DNA of 64,000 nucleotides from Candidatus Heimdallarchaeota archaeon. GTDB taxonomy: Archaea; Asgardarchaeota; Heimdallarchaeia; Hodarchaeales; Hodarchaeaceae. Of this stretch, positions 25,240 to 35,408 are shown piece after piece (within the stretch, counting starts at the first letter, position 1; each line of letters starts with the position of its first letter). The notes below the pieces were generated by a model. That model searched no databases and was not told where the DNA came from. It saw nothing but the letters and a program-made list of their open reading frames with translations. Location of the stretch: positions 96,001-160,000 of the forward strand of contig RDOB01000004.1 in assembly GCA_011364965.1 (NCBI GenBank), given 5' to 3'. The position numbers and the translations under genes were made by a program.

Positions 25240-27765
25240 ATGGCTCAACTTATTAATCCTTGGGCAAAAGACAGTAGTGATCTGATTGATCTCTTAGAAT
25301 CAGATTTATATGGTTTAACACAAGAAGAATCCAATAAACGATTAACTCAATATGGTTTGAATTTATTAAGCCCAAAGAAAAAATTAAATACAGTTTCTGC
25401 TCTTTTAAGTCAATTTAAAAGTCCCATTATATTTCTATTGTTATCTGCTGCTTTTCTGGCCTTTATAACTGGAGACCAAATTGATGGAATAATAATAAGT
25501 GCAATAATCCTCTTTAGCAGTCTGTTAGGATTTTGGCAGGAAAGAATGGCGACTAATGCAATTGAAAAATTAATGTCTAGAATCCACACCCATGCTAAAG
25601 TTTTAAGAAAGGGAAATCCAGTCTTAATCCCGCTAGAACAGATTGTTCCAGGAGATATCATTCTATTATCTGCTGGGAACATTGTTCCAGCTGATTTACG
25701 TTTATTGGAAACAAATCAATTGTTTACCAACGAAGCTACGTTAACTGGGGAAACTTTTCCAATAGAAAAATCCCCGAGTATTTTGAATGAAGATTCATCT
25801 CTTTCTAAAAGAACTAATATGGTATATATGGGAACTTATATAGTAAGTGGCACTGGGAAGGGATTAGTTATTAAAACAGGTCAAGAAACTGAGTTGGGAA
25901 TGATTTCAGCAAGATTAGGGACCAAAACTCCCACTCCTGAATTTGAACGAGGAATTAAACAATTTGGATTGGTACTGATGGAAATTGTCCTTCTCATTAC
26001 CATTACAATATTTGGCATTAATGTGTATCTTAATAGGCCTGTTCTTGATTCATTTCTTTTTGCTCTTGCTTTAGCTGTAGGTCTGACTCCACAGCTATTG
26101 CCAGCTATAATCATGGTAAATCTCTCCCGAGGAGCAAAAAAAATGGCTGATAAGAAAGTGATAGTTAAAAAATTGACCTCAATCGAAAATTTTGGGAGTA
26201 TGAATGTGCTATGTTCAGATAAAACGGGGACATTAACCCAGGGGATTATGACAATTCATTCTACTGTTGATATTGAGATGCACACACAAGTAAAAATTTT
26301 GGATTATGCCTATCTAAATGCTTATTATCAAACAGGTTTTCAGAATCCTATAGATGACACAATTTGTGCCTCTCATACAGTTAATGCACCAGAATTTCGG
26401 AAATTAGATGAACTTCCATATGATTTTATACGCAAAAGAATTAGTGTTCTATTTTCCACTCCTGGAATGAATATTATAATCGCAAAGGGAGCTGTCACTA
26501 ATTTATTAGAGATATGTAATTATATCGAAAAATCTGATGGAGCGGTCCTTGAAATTGACATTTATACAGAAAAAATTCATTCACTCCTTTCCGAATTCAG
26601 TACTCAAGGATTAAGATGTATTGGAATTGCTTATAAAAATGTTGATACTTTAACGAAGATGAGTAGAGCTGATGAAGCTGAATTTGTATTTTTAGGCTTT
26701 CTTCTTTTAATGGATCCGTCTAAACCAGAAGTTCCAGCAGTCATCCAAGAATTAAAATCTTTGGGTATTACATTACGAATCATTACAGGAGACAATCAAC
26801 ATATTGCAAAAACAGTTGCAGAGAATGTTGGAATCATCCATCCCCAGATCATAACAGGCAATCAAATACGTAAACTCAGTGATGAGGCATTAATTATTCA
26901 AGCAAATCAAACTGATGTTTTTGCAGAAATTGAACCAAATCAGAAGGAGCAAATCATCCTAGCTTTAAGAAAAAGTGGAAATGTCGTTGGTTACATGGGA
27001 GATGGGATTAATGATGCTTCAGCCTTACATGCAGCAGATGTGGGGATCTCTGTTGATTCAGCTGTAGATGTAGCTAAAGAAGCTTCAGAAATTATTCTTC
27101 TCGAGAAAAACCTCGAAGTTCTTTTGAATGGTATCAATGAAGGGAGGAAAACTTTTGCAAATTCCTTAAAGTATGTTTTAATAACCATTAGTGCTAATTT
27201 TGGAAATATGTTTTCTATGGCAATAGCTTCTCTCTTTCTCCCATTCCTTCCCTTGCTACCAACACAAATACTTCTAATAAATTTTATGACCGATTTCCCC
27301 TCAATGACAATAGCTACTGACGATGTTGATCTGGAAATGATAAAAACTCCCAAAAGATGGAATATTAGAGATATTACGGAATTCATGATTACGTTTGGAT
27401 TAATGAGTACAATTTTTGATGTTTTAACTTTTATTGTGTTGATTTCCGTACTCCATGCCCAAGAAGCAGAATTTCAAACAGGATGGTTCTTAGTCTCGGT
27501 TGTATCGGAATTGTTGATACTTTTAGTGATTAGAACACGAAAGATATTCTATAAAAGCAAACCGAGTAATAATTTATTAATATCGACCATCATTGTGATT
27601 TTAGCAACATTAATCGTTCCCTTTACTCCTTTAATTTCCTTGTTTGGATTTTCACCCATTCCCCCAATGTTTTTAGTAATCCTTGCAGTTATTATCAGTC
27701 TGTATATACTTACAACTGAATTAGGAAAACGAATCATTTATTCTCACATTAAATTCTTTTCCTAA
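25240..27765 (+). CDS. mgtA: Mg2+-translocating P-type ATPase (P3B)
   Basis: TGET, 'AVGLTPQLLP', DKTGTLT, 'PYDFIRKR', GDGINDA, 'SANFGNMFS', 'FQTGWF'. Confidence 0.9.
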   Translation: MAQLINPWAKDSSDLIDLLESDLYGLTQEESNKRLTQYGLNLLSPKKKLNTVSALLSQFKSPIIFLLLSAAFLAFITGDQIDGIIISAIILFSSLLGFWQERMATNAIEKLMSRIHTHAKVLRKGNPVLIPLEQIVPGDIILLSAGNIVPADLRLLETNQLFTNEATLTGETFPIEKSPSILNEDSSLSKRTNMVYMGTYIVSGTGKGLVIKTGQETELGMISARLGTKTPTPEFERGIKQFGLVLMEIVLLITITIFGINVYLNRPVLDSFLFALALAVGLTPQLLPAIIMVNLSRGAKKMADKKVIVKKLTSIENFGSMNVLCSDKTGTLTQGIMTIHSTVDIEMHTQVKILDYAYLNAYYQTGFQNPIDDTICASHTVNAPEFRKLDELPYDFIRKRISVLFSTPGMNIIIAKGAVTNLLEICNYIEKSDGAVLEIDIYTEKIHSLLSEFSTQGLRCIGIAYKNVDTLTKMSRADEAEFVFLGFLLLMDPSKPEVPAVIQELKSLGITLRIITGDNQHIAKTVAENVGIIHPQIITGNQIRKLSDEALIIQANQTDVFAEIEPNQKEQIILALRKSGNVVGYMGDGINDASALHAADVGISVDSAVDVAKEASEIILLEKNLEVLLNGINEGRKTFANSLKYVLITISANFGNMFSMAIASLFLPFLPLLPTQILLINFMTDFPSMTIATDDVDLEMIKTPKRWNIRDITEFMITFGLMSTIFDVLTFIVLISVLHAQEAEFQTGWFLVSVVSELLILLVIRTRKIFYKSKPSNNLLISTIIVILATLIVPFTPLISLFGFSPIPPMFLVILAVIISLYILTTELGKRIIYSHIKFFS

Positions 27766-27824
27766 CCTCCATTCAATGGAAATTCCAATTGAATATTAGT
27801 ATGAAATTTCATATAGCTTGGAAT

Positions 27825-28505
27825 CTACCATATTTTAGGTATTAAACGATATGGTACCTTTTTTATATAGTCAATATAGCCTATAAGCTCTTTTTTCAAC
27901 ATTTTTTCTTCATTCTGTATCCGAAATACTAGGAAAAAGGGGATAAATGGAGCTAATACAAGTGATACCAAAGAACCAAGCGCAATTGGTGTGCTAAATG
28001 CCAGAAGTATAAAACTTACATACATTGGATGACGTACGTGTTTATACGGTCCAGTCATTATCACAACCTGATCTTCATGAGTCATTAATCCTTTTGACGC
28101 GAATGAATTCATTTTCATTACCCAAAAATTAAGGAGATAGGTAATCACGAGACCTGAAAAGCCAAATATTTTAATAATATTCGGTAATTGCGTCCATTGA
28201 AATTGATAATCAAATCCGGGAAGTATCATCACTAACAAGAAGAAAAATCCAAATATAATCAGGGCTGTATTTTCCATTTTACTCGATGAGAGTTTTCTCC
28301 GTTTTTTAAGTGTTGCAGGATCTTTGATAATGAAATAAAAAGTCATGAGGATATAGTACACAACTAATATTAAGATATAAATCCATCCCTCCATCCAATT
28401 CACTGTTCCTGCTGGAATAAATAGCAGAGCTCCCATAAATAAGATCAAAAATGGAATAGCAAGACTATATCTAATCATTTGAATTATAATGGTAAATTTT
28501 GACAT
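27825..28505 (-). CDS. Isoprenylcysteine carboxyl methyltransferase (ICMT/Ste14) family membrane protein
   Basis: 'GPYKHVRHPMY', 'RIQNEEKML...GYIDY..KVPYRLIPKIW'. Confidence 0.88.
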   Translation of the reverse strand: MSKFTIIIQMIRYSLAIPFLILFMGALLFIPAGTVNWMEGWIYILILVVYYILMTFYFIIKDPATLKKRRKLSSSKMENTALIIFGFFFLLVMILPGFDYQFQWTQLPNIIKIFGFSGLVITYLLNFWVMKMNSFASKGLMTHEDQVVIMTGPYKHVRHPMYVSFILLAFSTPIALGSLVSLVLAPFIPFFLVFRIQNEEKMLKKELIGYIDYIKKVPYRLIPKIW

Positions 28506-28620
28506 TTTTATCCTAATATTTATCTTGCTTATTTTAAGTTATAAGCCCTTACTAGAATTATTAAAGGTCAATTAGAATTTTGTGAACACCTCATCTTCCC
28601 CGAAAGCCCTTAAGAGTGCT

Positions 28621-30981
28621 TTATCCACACTTTGAATAGCCGCAAACCCGACAGAGACTACAACCTTCGCTATACTCTAGAATATTCCCACACTCAGGAC
28701 ATTCGGGTCGTTGGCCGGTTTCTATCCCTTTTGAGATATTGGTGATATGGAGGGAATCATCTTCAGTGGAAAGTTCTTTTTTAGTGACTTGGGAGGTTTC
28801 AGAGAATTTGAATTCTGATCCATTGTCACTATATTCTTTAAGAAAATGATCAATTGTTTTGGCTACGGCATCCGCGCACGATAGAATTGGGCCCTCGGAA
28901 CTGAAGGTTGGAGATGGACACCGAATGGATCTTAATTGAATGATAATTTCTTCAGGATCGATTCGACTTCGTAACGCGAGTGAGATTAATCGACCGAGTG
29001 ATTCTACATGAGATGCGACACATCCTCCTGATTTCCCAAGGGAAAGGAAGACTTCGGTTAAGCCTTCGTCATCTTCATTTATCGTGACAAATAAATTAGT
29101 TCCACACCCAACGCGGATTCGTTGAGTAATTCCCCGGGTAACATCAGGACGATAGCGAGGTTTTTTCGTAACCTGCTTCTCTTCGATTGTCTCGACCTTC
29201 GTCCCTTTGGAGTCTTTTGTACCAGTTTTGGACAATACATCATAGGATCGGGAGCCTGATCGATAGACCGTAATGCCTTTACACCCTAGTTCATATGCTA
29301 ATAGATAAGCTTGTTTGATATCTTCCTGAGTAGCAGTTTCTGGAAAATTTATTGTTTTGGAGACTGCATTGTCGACTCCTGAGGTTTGGAATGCTGCTTG
29401 CATTTTTACATGAGCTGCAGGGGTGATATCATGAGCGGTCGCAAATATACGCTTGATTTCTGCAGGTATTGTGTCAATCTTTTTCAAAGACCCCTGTTTG
29501 GCAACTTCCGCCATTAATTCAGATGAATAAAAGCCCTCATGTTTCGCTATCTCAACGAAATACGGATTTCCTTCAACAAGGATATCGTCATCTAATACAC
29601 GTCGCTCATAGGTCAGCATAAATAATGGTTCGATCCCACTCGAACAACTCGCGATAATTGAGAGACTTCCTGTAGGTGCGATAGTGGTGAGGGTCGCATT
29701 TCGCAACATTGAGTATTTTTCGCGAAAGATACTTCGGTTGAAATTTGGAAATGAACCCCGCTCCTCTGCTAATGTTTGAGACGCCTGTAGCGCAGAAGTA
29801 TGAATGAATCTCATAACTCGTCTAGCTACCTCCAAACCTTCCTCGGAATCATAGGGAACTCTCAGTTTGATCAGCATATCAGCAAATCCCATGACTCCAA
29901 GACCAATTTTACGATTCTCACGAGTAGTTTCAGCGATCTCGGGTAACGGAAAGGAAGAAACATCAATGACATTATCAAGAAATCTAACGGCTAATTTCAC
30001 CGTTTTTTCGAGTTTTCCATAATCGATGTGATATTTCAAAGGATTCGTAGAATCTTGATTAAGCATTCGGGTTAAATTGATAGACCCAAGATTACACGAG
30101 CCATAGGGGAGTAAAGGTTGCTCTCCGCAAGGGTTAGTTGCCTCAATGGCTCCTATTTCTGGAATAGGGTTTGTAGCATTAATCCGATCGAGAAAGATGA
30201 TGCCAGGTTCTCCATTTTTATGTGCCATAGCTACAATTTCTTCAAAAACCTCTTTAGCTTTGAGTTGCCCGACTTCCTCCTGATTTCGAGGATTGATCAA
30301 AGGATAATTATGATCATTAATGACAGCTTTCATAAAATCCTCCGTTAAACCCACAGAAATATTGAAATTGTTAAGAACGGTCAAATCTTCTTTACAATGG
30401 ATAAATTTCATGATATCGGGGTGATCAACCTTCAAAATCCCCATATTCGCTCCCCTGCGCCGTCCTCCTTGCTTAATTATTTCTGTAGCACTATTAAAGA
30501 CTGTCATGAATGAAATAGGCCCACTTGCTACCCCTCCAGTGGTTTGAACCTTATCATTAATAGGACGCAAGCGTGAAAAAGAAAATCCTGTCCCTCCACC
30601 AGTTTTGTGAATAATGGCAGCGTTTTTAACTGCTCTGAAGATGGAATCCATATCATCTTCCACTGGTAAGACAAAGCAAGCTGAAAGCTGGTTGATTGGA
30701 GTACCTGCATTCATTAAAGTGGGGGAATTAGGTAGAAATTCGAGATTAGCCATTATATTATAGAAGAGAGTCTCATATTTTCTAGGATCTCCGCCATATC
30801 GTGATTCATTTTCTGCAATTGAGCGCGCCACACGTTTGAAAAGCTGTATAGATGTTTCAATCAACTCCCCTCGTTCATTCCGCAATAAATAACGCTTTTC
30901 AAGCACAATTTTGGCATTTGGAGTTAATTGTGGAGTAACGAGTGCTATCGCAGATTCTTGCTTATCGAGCATAGATTTCAC
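28621..30981 (-). CDS. nrdJ: Class II (B12-dependent) ribonucleotide reductase with fused TSCPD domain and C-terminal Zn ribbon
   Basis: 'PNSPTLMNAG', 'LSACFV', 'TNPCGEQ', 'SCNLGS', 'TIAPTG', 'SKTIN', 'SCADA', CPEC..CRVC..KC. Start may be the ATG three codons in. Confidence 0.95.
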   Translation of the reverse strand: MKSMLDKQESAIALVTPQLTPNAKIVLEKRYLLRNERGELIETSIQLFKRVARSIAENESRYGGDPRKYETLFYNIMANLEFLPNSPTLMNAGTPINQLSACFVLPVEDDMDSIFRAVKNAAIIHKTGGGTGFSFSRLRPINDKVQTTGGVASGPISFMTVFNSATEIIKQGGRRRGANMGILKVDHPDIMKFIHCKEDLTVLNNFNISVGLTEDFMKAVINDHNYPLINPRNQEEVGQLKAKEVFEEIVAMAHKNGEPGIIFLDRINATNPIPEIGAIEATNPCGEQPLLPYGSCNLGSINLTRMLNQDSTNPLKYHIDYGKLEKTVKLAVRFLDNVIDVSSFPLPEIAETTRENRKIGLGVMGFADMLIKLRVPYDSEEGLEVARRVMRFIHTSALQASQTLAEERGSFPNFNRSIFREKYSMLRNATLTTIAPTGSLSIIASCSSGIEPLFMLTYERRVLDDDILVEGNPYFVEIAKHEGFYSSELMAEVAKQGSLKKIDTIPAEIKRIFATAHDITPAAHVKMQAAFQTSGVDNAVSKTINFPETATQEDIKQAYLLAYELGCKGITVYRSGSRSYDVLSKTGTKDSKGTKVETIEEKQVTKKPRYRPDVTRGITQRIRVGCGTNLFVTINEDDEGLTEVFLSLGKSGGCVASHVESLGRLISLALRSRIDPEEIIIQLRSIRCPSPTFSSEGPILSCADAVAKTIDHFLKEYSDNGSEFKFSETSQVTKKELSTEDDSLHITNISKGIETGQRPECPECGNILEYSEGCSLCRVCGYSKCG

Positions 30982-31622
30982 TGATTTTCCTTACTGTCAG
31001 CTCAATGGGATTGCTGATTCAATTCTATGTAAATGAGTCTGTTTTGTTATTCAATTGGAGATTTTCATATAAGGACACGAATTAGAAATTGAATCCTGAC
31101 AATTTTCATCCCGCTTGGCATCACAATATAGATTCAAATGATAATTTATTAAATTAGTTCTTTCATTCAATTTGTCGGTTCATCATTTTAAATAAAGGAT
31201 TTTCTGTAGATTTTTCAAGTCATCATCTGAGGAGGAATTCTGGAATTCACTCGAAATTTAGGGGAAAATCAAAGAATCGTAAGAGGAATGACCGAGTGTT
31301 CTTCTAGACATTGATTTTTAGATTATTAGAGAAAGAATCAATCGATGATGATAAATTCTATTCGAATATATCAGAGCATTTGTGTTTTCGAGAAGTTTAT
31401 TAAGGGTACCAAGCACAGAATACCCATCCTCCTAGCTTTGTCTTTTTCATATTAAATGAATTAATAAATTGTATAGCCCTTAAATTTTCTATTGGTAGTC
31501 TAGTTTTCATCAGATTATTGATCTCATCAGAACACAGATTGAAAAAAAGCTTCTTATATCTATTGTAGTAATTCCCAGCAGTGAGGTTGTCCCTTTCCTG
31601 TCTTGATTGATGAGATTTTTGT

Positions 31623-31651
31623 ATATTACCGTTGTATCACGAGCGTAATAT
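31623..31651. promoter_or_regulatory. Inverted repeat upstream of cdrS, candidate RHH operator
   Basis: ATATTAC-N15-GTAATAT about 75-105 bp upstream of the RHH gene. Confidence 0.3.
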
Positions 31652-31726
31652 CCCAGAATTACTGTAGATTATAACCCCCCATAATATTGAGTATCCTAAT
31701 CACCTAAAAATTGAGGTTCATTCCCT

Positions 31727-31921
31727 ATGATGAAGTTAATAACCGTGCATCTCCCAAATGATCAAGTTTCTGGTTTAGATGAGCTCGTTCGAACTGGTAG
31801 ATATCCTAACCGAAGTGAAGCTATTCGTTTTGCTATCCGTGACATGCTCAAAGATGAACTTTGGAATTTAAGAGGTACCTCCTATCTTCCTCAAGCATCT
31901 GCAGCACGAGATAGCTACTAA
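31727..31921 (+). CDS. cdrS: Ribbon-helix-helix regulator, CdrS-like (archaeal cell-division regulator family)
   Basis: 'MKLITVHLP..Q...LDELV..GRYPNRSEAIR.AIRDML' matches the CdrS/CopG pattern; GAGGT SD; strong T-tract downstream. Confidence 0.8.
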   Translation: MMKLITVHLPNDQVSGLDELVRTGRYPNRSEAIRFAIRDMLKDELWNLRGTSYLPQASAARDSY

Positions 31922-31950
31922 TCTTTTTTTTTACCTTTTTTTCCTTTCTA
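31922..31950 (+). terminator. U-rich terminator after cdrS
   Basis: TCTTTTTTTTTACCTTTTTTTCCTTTC directly after the stop. Confidence 0.6.
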
Positions 31951-32083
31951 TTCCTTATTAAGACCCCAAATTTTTACAGAACACCAGAATTTCTTGTCTT
32001 TTGCAGAGGTTTAACAGAATCTTTTTATATTCTTATTCTGTTTAGGGTATTATCGTGAACTTCCTTCTCTGTATCCATTTAAT

Positions 32084-32725
32084 TTGATTTTAGTTGATAT
32101 TATGTATGAAGATAAGCAACCTCGAGCTTGGAGATTTGTTAAAGATAAAACTCCTATTATTGGAATTGACGATGGTGGCTTTGATCGGGACCTTATTCCT
32201 TCCAACACAAATCAAATACCTGTTTTTGGTGTTGTAATGAAAGGTGCTGCTTATGTTGACGGAATAGTTCAATGTCAAATTAAAAAAGACGATTTAAATC
32301 CCACTGAAATTCTTGTACAAATGATTCTTGCTTCTACTCATAAGCCTCAGCTTCAAGCGATCATGCTTCAGGGAATTACTATTGGTGGATTTGGAGTTAT
32401 TGATATTCGTGAATTATTTGAAAAAACTGGAATTCCAGTGATAGTTTTGCTAAGAAAAATTCCGAATTTTGAAAATATTCAACTTGCCCTTCAAAAGAAT
32501 TTTCAGGATGCTGAAGAGCGATGGCAGCTTATTCAAAAGGCTGGAACACCGCAAAAAATTCAAAATCAACCTGAAATATATCTACAATTAGCTGGAATTA
32601 GACAAATTGATGCGGCACGTCTTATCAAAAAGTGTACTAAGGTTGGAGTCATTCCTGAAGCGCTTAGGATTGCTCATTTTATAGGAGCTAGTCATTATCG
32701 CTTCTATAGTAGATTAGTGAGTTAA
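32084..32725 (+). CDS. DUF99/UPF0215 family (endonuclease V-like fold, 'endonuclease dU')
   Basis: 'IIGIDDG', 'LQGITIGGFGVIDI', 'IPEALRIAH'. Confidence 0.85.
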   Translation: MILVDIMYEDKQPRAWRFVKDKTPIIGIDDGGFDRDLIPSNTNQIPVFGVVMKGAAYVDGIVQCQIKKDDLNPTEILVQMILASTHKPQLQAIMLQGITIGGFGVIDIRELFEKTGIPVIVLLRKIPNFENIQLALQKNFQDAEERWQLIQKAGTPQKIQNQPEIYLQLAGIRQIDAARLIKKCTKVGVIPEALRIAHFIGASHYRFYSRLVS

Positions 32726-34263
32726 ATGGAAGGAGGAAAAAACTCTTCCTTCAATAGAACTAGTGGGGCAAGTAACCAGGTAGCAGCTCCCCCTATCACA
32801 AACGAGGAAAAATTATTCACAAACGTCCATCCTGACTGACTCCAGCCCCAAATCCCTATCAGTATAATATTTATTGAAAAGATTAACGCAATCAGTGAAT
32901 CACGAATAACATGAAATTCTCTATTCCACACGCTTGTTTCACTGAGAGGAGTGTTTTTTAATAATAATCCTTCGACCACCCCAGTAATTAAATATAAAAA
33001 TGCTCCCATAGAAAACAGGATGAACGGAATTAAGTGAAGAATACGACGCCAAACTGGTTGAGTTCGTTCTTCCCAGTATATTGCAAGGAAAGCGTCGAAT
33101 AAATAGGCTAGACTCACCAATGATGGCATTAAATAGGCAAGATTGAGTCCAAGAACGTAGGGACGGAGTATTGGTATATTTAAGATGATCATTGTGCACA
33201 AAATTGTAATAAAAGCAACGATACTGATCCCTGAAAAGAAAGCAAACGCGTTCAGAATAAGTTCTAATTTTTCAGCCCATTTAAGCTTGGAGCTCAAGAT
33301 AGAACGTGTTCTAATTCTCAGAATGTGGCATGCTCCATGTGCCCATCTCCACAATTGAGACACTTGGCTTTTTGCCGTTTCGGGTACCAAACCAGTAGAT
33401 CCAATATGGTCAATGTATCTTCCTTTGCCCCCATTGCTTAAAATTTTAATTGAGGTATCAATATCCTCAATAAAGGTCTCCTCTGAGAACCCATCGATCT
33501 CGGTTAAAATATTTTTTCGAAAACATCCAGTTGTTCCATTAAATAACACTACTCCACGTCGATCCTTGGAGGATTCGAACACTTCATAGAACTGGGAGTA
33601 TAATATTGAGTTAGCTGCTTGATATAAACGATAAGTATTTCTGTATCGCACTTTTGCTTGCACGTAACCCACATTTTTATCACTCATTACCTTTGAAAAC
33701 TTCTCTAATATATCTGGGGTAGGTATGTGATCTGAATCCAATATAACAATTAAGTCTCCCTTTGTGTGGGTTAAAACAGCATTTATATTCCCAGCTTTAA
33801 AGCCACGTGTGTCGTGCTTGTGATAAAAGGGGATTTTCTTTTCTATACAGAATTTTTGCAAGTTTTTAGTTACTTCTGGATCTTTTCCATTATCACTTAC
33901 GATAATTTCATATTTAGGGTAATTTATTGCTAAAACTCCTTCTATCGTAATTTTCAATGTTTTGAAGGAGGTTCCATGGGATGGGATTATTATTGTGAAA
34001 AAGGGGTTATATTCTGGAGTAAACTCGAAAATTTGCGATTTATACCGAAATTCGAAGGCACCTGACGCAGTATAAAGCAAATAATACCCGAATAGAAACC
34101 CAATTATTTCAACAAATAATAAGGAAATATTTAGGAAAATCTCAAACAAATTACCTGAATTCATCATCACGAAAAAACTCAAGACAATATAAACTGGCAA
34201 TAAGCCTAGAACTAGGATTGAAAGAGCTTTAAGAACATATGAACTCACACGATATATCCACAT
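32722..34263 (-). CDS. Processive GT2 glycosyltransferase, cellulose-synthase-like
   Basis: 'GFKAGNIN', DxD (DSD), 'FNGT', 'IED', QxxRW (QLWRW); 2 N-terminal and about 5 C-terminal TM helices. Confidence 0.88.
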   Translation of the reverse strand: MWIYRVSSYVLKALSILVLGLLPVYIVLSFFVMMNSGNLFEIFLNISLLFVEIIGFLFGYYLLYTASGAFEFRYKSQIFEFTPEYNPFFTIIIPSHGTSFKTLKITIEGVLAINYPKYEIIVSDNGKDPEVTKNLQKFCIEKKIPFYHKHDTRGFKAGNINAVLTHTKGDLIVILDSDHIPTPDILEKFSKVMSDKNVGYVQAKVRYRNTYRLYQAANSILYSQFYEVFESSKDRRGVVLFNGTTGCFRKNILTEIDGFSEETFIEDIDTSIKILSNGGKGRYIDHIGSTGLVPETAKSQVSQLWRWAHGACHILRIRTRSILSSKLKWAEKLELILNAFAFFSGISIVAFITILCTMIILNIPILRPYVLGLNLAYLMPSLVSLAYLFDAFLAIYWEERTQPVWRRILHLIPFILFSMGAFLYLITGVVEGLLLKNTPLSETSVWNREFHVIRDSLIALIFSINIILIGIWGWSQSGWTFVNNFSSFVIGGAATWLLAPLVLLKEEFFPPSI

Positions 34264-34357
34264 ATTTAGGATTCATCCGTTATCATACGGTAAAAATTAA
34301 TTATTAAATCTGCTTCTACATGATTCCATTGAAATTATATATTAAGATTTTAGTATT

Positions 34358-35206
34358 TTAAAATCCCAACTTCCCTGCTAAGTAATCTGCCCATCCTTGA
34401 GTAAATTTTTCAGGGCTGTTTATATGATTCCAATAAACAGGTGCTTCAGGAAGATAACCATAGATAAGGTTTTCATTTGCTAATTCGGGAAAGATATTTT
34501 TTTCCAATGAAGATACTTCTTTTGTAATATATTCAAAAATTTCTGGTTCAAAAATATAAATCCCTGCATTGTTATATCCCAATCCCTTTTTTCTGCTGTA
34601 ATTAAAATGAACAATTCTCTTGTTTTGGATATCAAATTCTACCTGGCCTGTTTCATCTTCTATTATAAACATCGTAGCAATTCCCCCTTCTTTCACACTT
34701 TTTCTATGAAATTCTAACATATCATTAACATTAACATTAGTTATAAGATCTCCATTCATGACTAAAAAAGTGGATTTCATATTTTGTTGGGCGTTCAATA
34801 CTGCTCCTGCTGTATCCAATGGTTTTTCTTCAGCTATAAGGCTGATACTCTTACCTGGAGTATTAGTTTCTGGAAATTGGTTTTGGATGTGTTCCTTAAG
34901 ATATCCTACTGAAAGATAAATATCTGTTAAGGCATGTCTGAGTAGAAGATCAATACAATATTGAAGTATTGGTTTATAGCCGATGGGGAGCATAACTGCG
35001 GGTATAGCAACATTAACTGGCCTAAATCCAGTTCCTCGTCCTCCTGCGAGAATTAAGGATTTAATAGTATGCGCTTCTAGGGCAACTTTTAATGCTTGGA
35101 TTATAAATTGTTTTACCTTGCCAGTTCCTGCTACTTCAACAAGATTTAACCAAAAATTTTCTGTAAATTCTATTGTATATTTATGGATATCTTTTTTATT
35201 ACTCAT
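34358..35206 (-). CDS. RHH-like domain fused to a degenerate NDP-sugar pyrophosphorylase (NTP_transferase) domain
   Basis: N-terminal strand-helix-helix; 'LILAGGRGTGFRP...PAVMLPIG', 'EEKPLDTAG', 'NGD', 'NAGIYIF', 'SLEK.IFP'; no LbH domain. Confidence 0.8.
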   Translation of the reverse strand: MSNKKDIHKYTIEFTENFWLNLVEVAGTGKVKQFIIQALKVALEAHTIKSLILAGGRGTGFRPVNVAIPAVMLPIGYKPILQYCIDLLLRHALTDIYLSVGYLKEHIQNQFPETNTPGKSISLIAEEKPLDTAGAVLNAQQNMKSTFLVMNGDLITNVNVNDMLEFHRKSVKEGGIATMFIIEDETGQVEFDIQNKRIVHFNYSRKKGLGYNNAGIYIFEPEIFEYITKEVSSLEKNIFPELANENLIYGYLPEAPVYWNHINSPEKFTQGWADYLAGKLGF

Positions 35207-35408
35207 ATGAAGTCTTCCGTGTGTTTACCAACTCATCTTTCTTTCCTAGTGGTCATGGACTTTAGGTATATTAACCCATACTGATAATACTGGTAGGAAA
35301 AACGGGTTATTAAAACGTTTTCTATGGCATATTGAAGGGATTTATGAATTGAGTCAAATGAAGAGAGAGGAAGAGATGAGAGGGAGAATCTCACTTCACG
35401 AATTATTT

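Noticed and set aside
28621-30981. Intein in NrdJ (also checked the helicase and TFB)
   Set aside because: Catalytic motifs are contiguous, lengths are normal, and there are no C...HN splice junctions.
30982-31300. Cobalamin riboswitch upstream of nrdJ
   Set aside because: No recognisable B12-box or GGGAA..GCCACTG elements; the sequence is AT-rich.
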